A stretch of 33,153 nt of DNA, from contig JACPHL010000115.1 in the NCBI GenBank assembly GCA_016188625.1, forward strand, positions 1 through 33,153, read 5' to 3'. Position numbers and translations under genes: made by a program. Numbering within the stretch: position 1 is the first letter of the stretch; every line of letters begins with the position of its first letter. The stretch comes from Candidatus Rokuibacteriota bacterium. Its GTDB lineage: Bacteria > Methylomirabilota > Methylomirabilia > Rokubacteriales > JACPHL01. Below are positions 31,249 to 33,153 of this stretch, piece after piece. The notes under the pieces were generated by a model. It was not told where the DNA came from and searched no databases. It was given only the letters and a program-made list of their open reading frames with translations.

Positions 31249-31788
31249 ATGCTGGACGACCTGGCCGAGATCCTGCTGACCCCCGAGGAGATCGCGACCG
31301 AGGTCGAGCGGCTCGCCGCCCGCCTCGTCCGGGACTACGAGGGGCAGACGCCGCTCCTGGTCGGCGTCCTCAAGGGCTCCGCCGTCTTCCTGGCCGACCT
31401 GGTCCGCGCCCTTCCCCTCCCCGTCGCCGTGGACTTCATCTCCGTGGCCGGCTACGGGGCCGAGCGCTCGACCTCGGGCGTGGTCCGGATCCGGAAGGAC
31501 CTGGACGAGAACATCGAGGGGCGGGATGTCCTCATCGTGGAGGGGATCATCGACACCGGGCTCACCCTCTCGTACCTCTTGCGGAACTTCAGGACCCGGC
31601 AGCCGCGCTCGCTCCGGGTCTGCGCCTTCCTCGACAAGCCCGCCCAGCGGATCATCGACCTCCAGGTGGACTACGTGGGGCGGCGGATTCCGGATCGCTT
31701 CGTGGTCGGCTACGGCCTCGACTACCGCGAGCGGTACCGGAACCTCCCCCTGATCGGCGTGCTGAAGGCGTCGGTCCTGGACCGCTGA
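31249..31788 (+). CDS. hpt: Hypoxanthine phosphoribosyltransferase
   Basis: LLVGVLKGSAVFLADL and the PRPP motif VLIVEGIIDTGLTLSYL, with YGLDYRERYRNLP at the C-terminus. Confidence 0.94.
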   Translation: MLDDLAEILLTPEEIATEVERLAARLVRDYEGQTPLLVGVLKGSAVFLADLVRALPLPVAVDFISVAGYGAERSTSGVVRIRKDLDENIEGRDVLIVEGIIDTGLTLSYLLRNFRTRQPRSLRVCAFLDKPAQRIIDLQVDYVGRRIPDRFVVGYGLDYRERYRNLPLIGVLKASVLDR

Positions 31789-31810
31789 GGGGACACGACG
31801 CTCAGCCGGG

Positions 31811-32890
31811 TCACCCCTCCGCCCCGTGCCGCTGCCGGGCCCTCCTGACGAAGACCATCTCCACGGCCGCCGCGTAGGGGGCGGGCGCCTTGATCGCGCG
31901 CGGGGACCAGACCCTCATCCCGTTCCAGTACGCCGCCTCGTCGATCTCGAGGCCCCAGTCGAAGATGGCCTTGTAGTAGCGGATGGCGCGGAGGACCGCG
32001 GCCCGCGGGAAGGCGTCCATGTACGGCCGGTGGAGCAGCTCGAGGATCTCCTCGTCGGAGGCCCGCCGGATCCACTGCTGGGCCCGATAGCAGGCGCTGA
32101 CGTAGCCCTGCACCGCCTCGGGCGAGCGCTCGACGGTCTCCCGGAGGGCATAGCCGACCGTGACCGGGATCGGCCCCCCGAAGACCCGCGCCCAGGCCCG
32201 CCCGTCGAGGACGTCGTAGATCGTCGCCCCGAACCCCTCGCCCTCGGCCACCCAGACCCCCTCCGGCGCCGCCATGATCGCGTCGAAGCGCCCGGCCTTG
32301 AGCCCCTCGAGCATGGCCGTCGCGTCCCCGCCGGCGACCCACTCCACCGAGGCGTTGAGGGGCCGGCCGTCGGCCCCCGCGACCCGCTCGAGGAGGTAGT
32401 GGCCGTAGACCCACGTGGGGGCGCCGATGGCCGTCACCGCGACCACCGCCCGGCACCCCACCAGCGCTTGGTCCGCCAGGCGCTCGAGGGTCCGGACCCC
32501 CTGGTCGTGGAGCGCCTTCCGGACCACGAGGTTGGCGTAGGGGCAGCGGGTGTCCGTGGCGAAGAGCATCACGGTGTCGCGGCCCGCCTCCGAGAGCTTC
32601 AGGGGGTGGATCGAGTCCCCGAGGGCGAACGTGGTCTGCCCCGCCGCCAGGGCCCGGACGACCTCGGCGCCGCTCCCGGGCACGAAGAGCCGGTCCAGCG
32701 CCACCCCTTCGTCCTCGAAGAAGCGCTGCTCCTTCGCCACCAGGTGCTGGCCGTAGACGAAGGTCGAGACGCTGTGGGCCGCGGCGATGGGCCAGCGGGC
32801 CCAGGCCGGCCCCGGGCCCCGCGCCCCCGTCAGGGCGGCCATGAGCCCTGCCGTCCGGAGGAATGCTCGCCGGGTGACTCCGTTCCCCAT
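31811..32890 (-). CDS. ABC transporter substrate-binding protein (NMT1/THI5-like, NitT/TauT family) with Tat signal
   Basis: Twin-arginine signal MGNGVTRRAFLRTAGLMAALTGA. The 359-aa periplasmic-binding-fold length and composition fit. The ligand is not inferable. Confidence 0.8.
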   Translation of the reverse strand: MGNGVTRRAFLRTAGLMAALTGARGPGPAWARWPIAAAHSVSTFVYGQHLVAKEQRFFEDEGVALDRLFVPGSGAEVVRALAAGQTTFALGDSIHPLKLSEAGRDTVMLFATDTRCPYANLVVRKALHDQGVRTLERLADQALVGCRAVVAVTAIGAPTWVYGHYLLERVAGADGRPLNASVEWVAGGDATAMLEGLKAGRFDAIMAAPEGVWVAEGEGFGATIYDVLDGRAWARVFGGPIPVTVGYALRETVERSPEAVQGYVSACYRAQQWIRRASDEEILELLHRPYMDAFPRAAVLRAIRYYKAIFDWGLEIDEAAYWNGMRVWSPRAIKAPAPYAAAVEMVFVRRARQRHGAEG

Positions 32891-32940
32891 GGTGTCTCTC
32901 GGCCCGTCGGCCCCGAGGCCCTCGGCCGAGGGCTGCGGGG

Positions 32941-32970
32941 ACTATAAACGGCCGGCGGGAATCCTGTCAA
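32941..32970 (-). promoter_or_regulatory. Putative sigma70-type promoter for the substrate-binding protein gene
   Basis: On the minus strand: TTGACA (complement of 32965-32970), an 18-nt spacer, then TATAGT (complement of 32941-32946). Confidence 0.45.
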
Positions 32971-32997
32971 CGCCGGGCGCGCCGGGGCCCCCGCGCG

Positions 32998-33026
32998 TTG
33001 ACAGCCGAGGGGAGATCGACTAGGAT
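32998..33026 (+). promoter_or_regulatory. Putative sigma70-type promoter for yicC
   Basis: TTGACA (32998-33003), a 17-nt spacer, then TAGGAT (33021-33026). Confidence 0.5.
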
Positions 33027-33060
33027 GAAGAGGGTTTTTTTGCCTCTCCCTCGAGCCAGG

Positions 33061-33153
33061 ATGCCAGCGATCGCGAGCATGACCGGGTACGGTCGGGCGG
33101 AGGTGCGGGGGGAGAGGTTGGCCGTCACCGCCGAGGCCCGCTCCCTGAACCAC
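33061..33153 (+). CDS. yicC: YicC-family stress-induced protein, N-terminal fragment running off the right edge
   Basis: MPAIASMTGYGRAEVRGERLAVTAEARSLNH matches the YicC N-terminal signature (SMTGFGRA....E.RSVNHR). Confidence 0.65.
   Translation, partial: MPAIASMTGYGRAEVRGERLAVTAEARSLNH

Noticed and set aside
32891-32940. A TPP (THI-box) riboswitch upstream of the NMT1/THI5-like substrate-binding protein gene.
   Set aside because: The 5' UTR is only about 50 nt and lacks the conserved CUGAGA / ACCUGA elements. It contains only a GCCCTCGG/CCGAGGGC palindrome.

Overview
High-GC (roughly 70% by eye) bacterial chromosomal window. It is almost entirely housekeeping, and all genes but two are on the + strand. 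Gene order: GNAT fragment (-), M20 amidohydrolase, then a nucleotide-sugar block (ugd, UDP-xylose synthase, GalE-like epimerase, Trm112-like mini-ORF, NDP-sugar pyrophosphorylase, PMM/PGM). Next come lepA-lepB-hemW, a CIRCE-controlled hrcA-grpE-dnaJ operon (no dnaK), prmA, archease, lpxC and DUF4390-ntrY-ntrX (sigma54 two-component system). A PyrR-attenuated pyr operon follows (pyrR-pyrB-pyrC-carA ... carB-pyrF-pyrE), then a PD-(D/E)xK-like ORF, hpt, a Tat-exported ABC substrate-binding protein (-) and the start of yicC. I found no tRNA, rRNA or CRISPR, and no complete, recognisable novel defence system. The non-ordinary signals are: (1) a lower-GC cassette between carA and carB, bracketed by a diverged duplicate of the carB 5' end. 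It carries an MNT-type nucleotidyltransferase, an apparently decapitated HEPN partner and two orphan small ORFs. (2) carB appears broken by an out-of-frame internal deletion that the six-frame track hides as an 'intact' 1070-aa ORF. (3) A structured ~45-105 nt intergenic repeat family has four same-orientation copies, three ending 6-7 nt before a start codon. (4) A 150-nt long hairpin or MITE-like element has AT-rich 16-bp termini. (5) An 81-bp in-frame tandem duplication spans the prmA stop and archease start. (6) A near-consensus sigma54 promoter lies in an AT-rich island before lpxC. (7) A leader ORF is threaded through the pyr attenuator terminator. Many long ORFs in the track are antisense or off-frame artefacts of the high GC content and are rejected.
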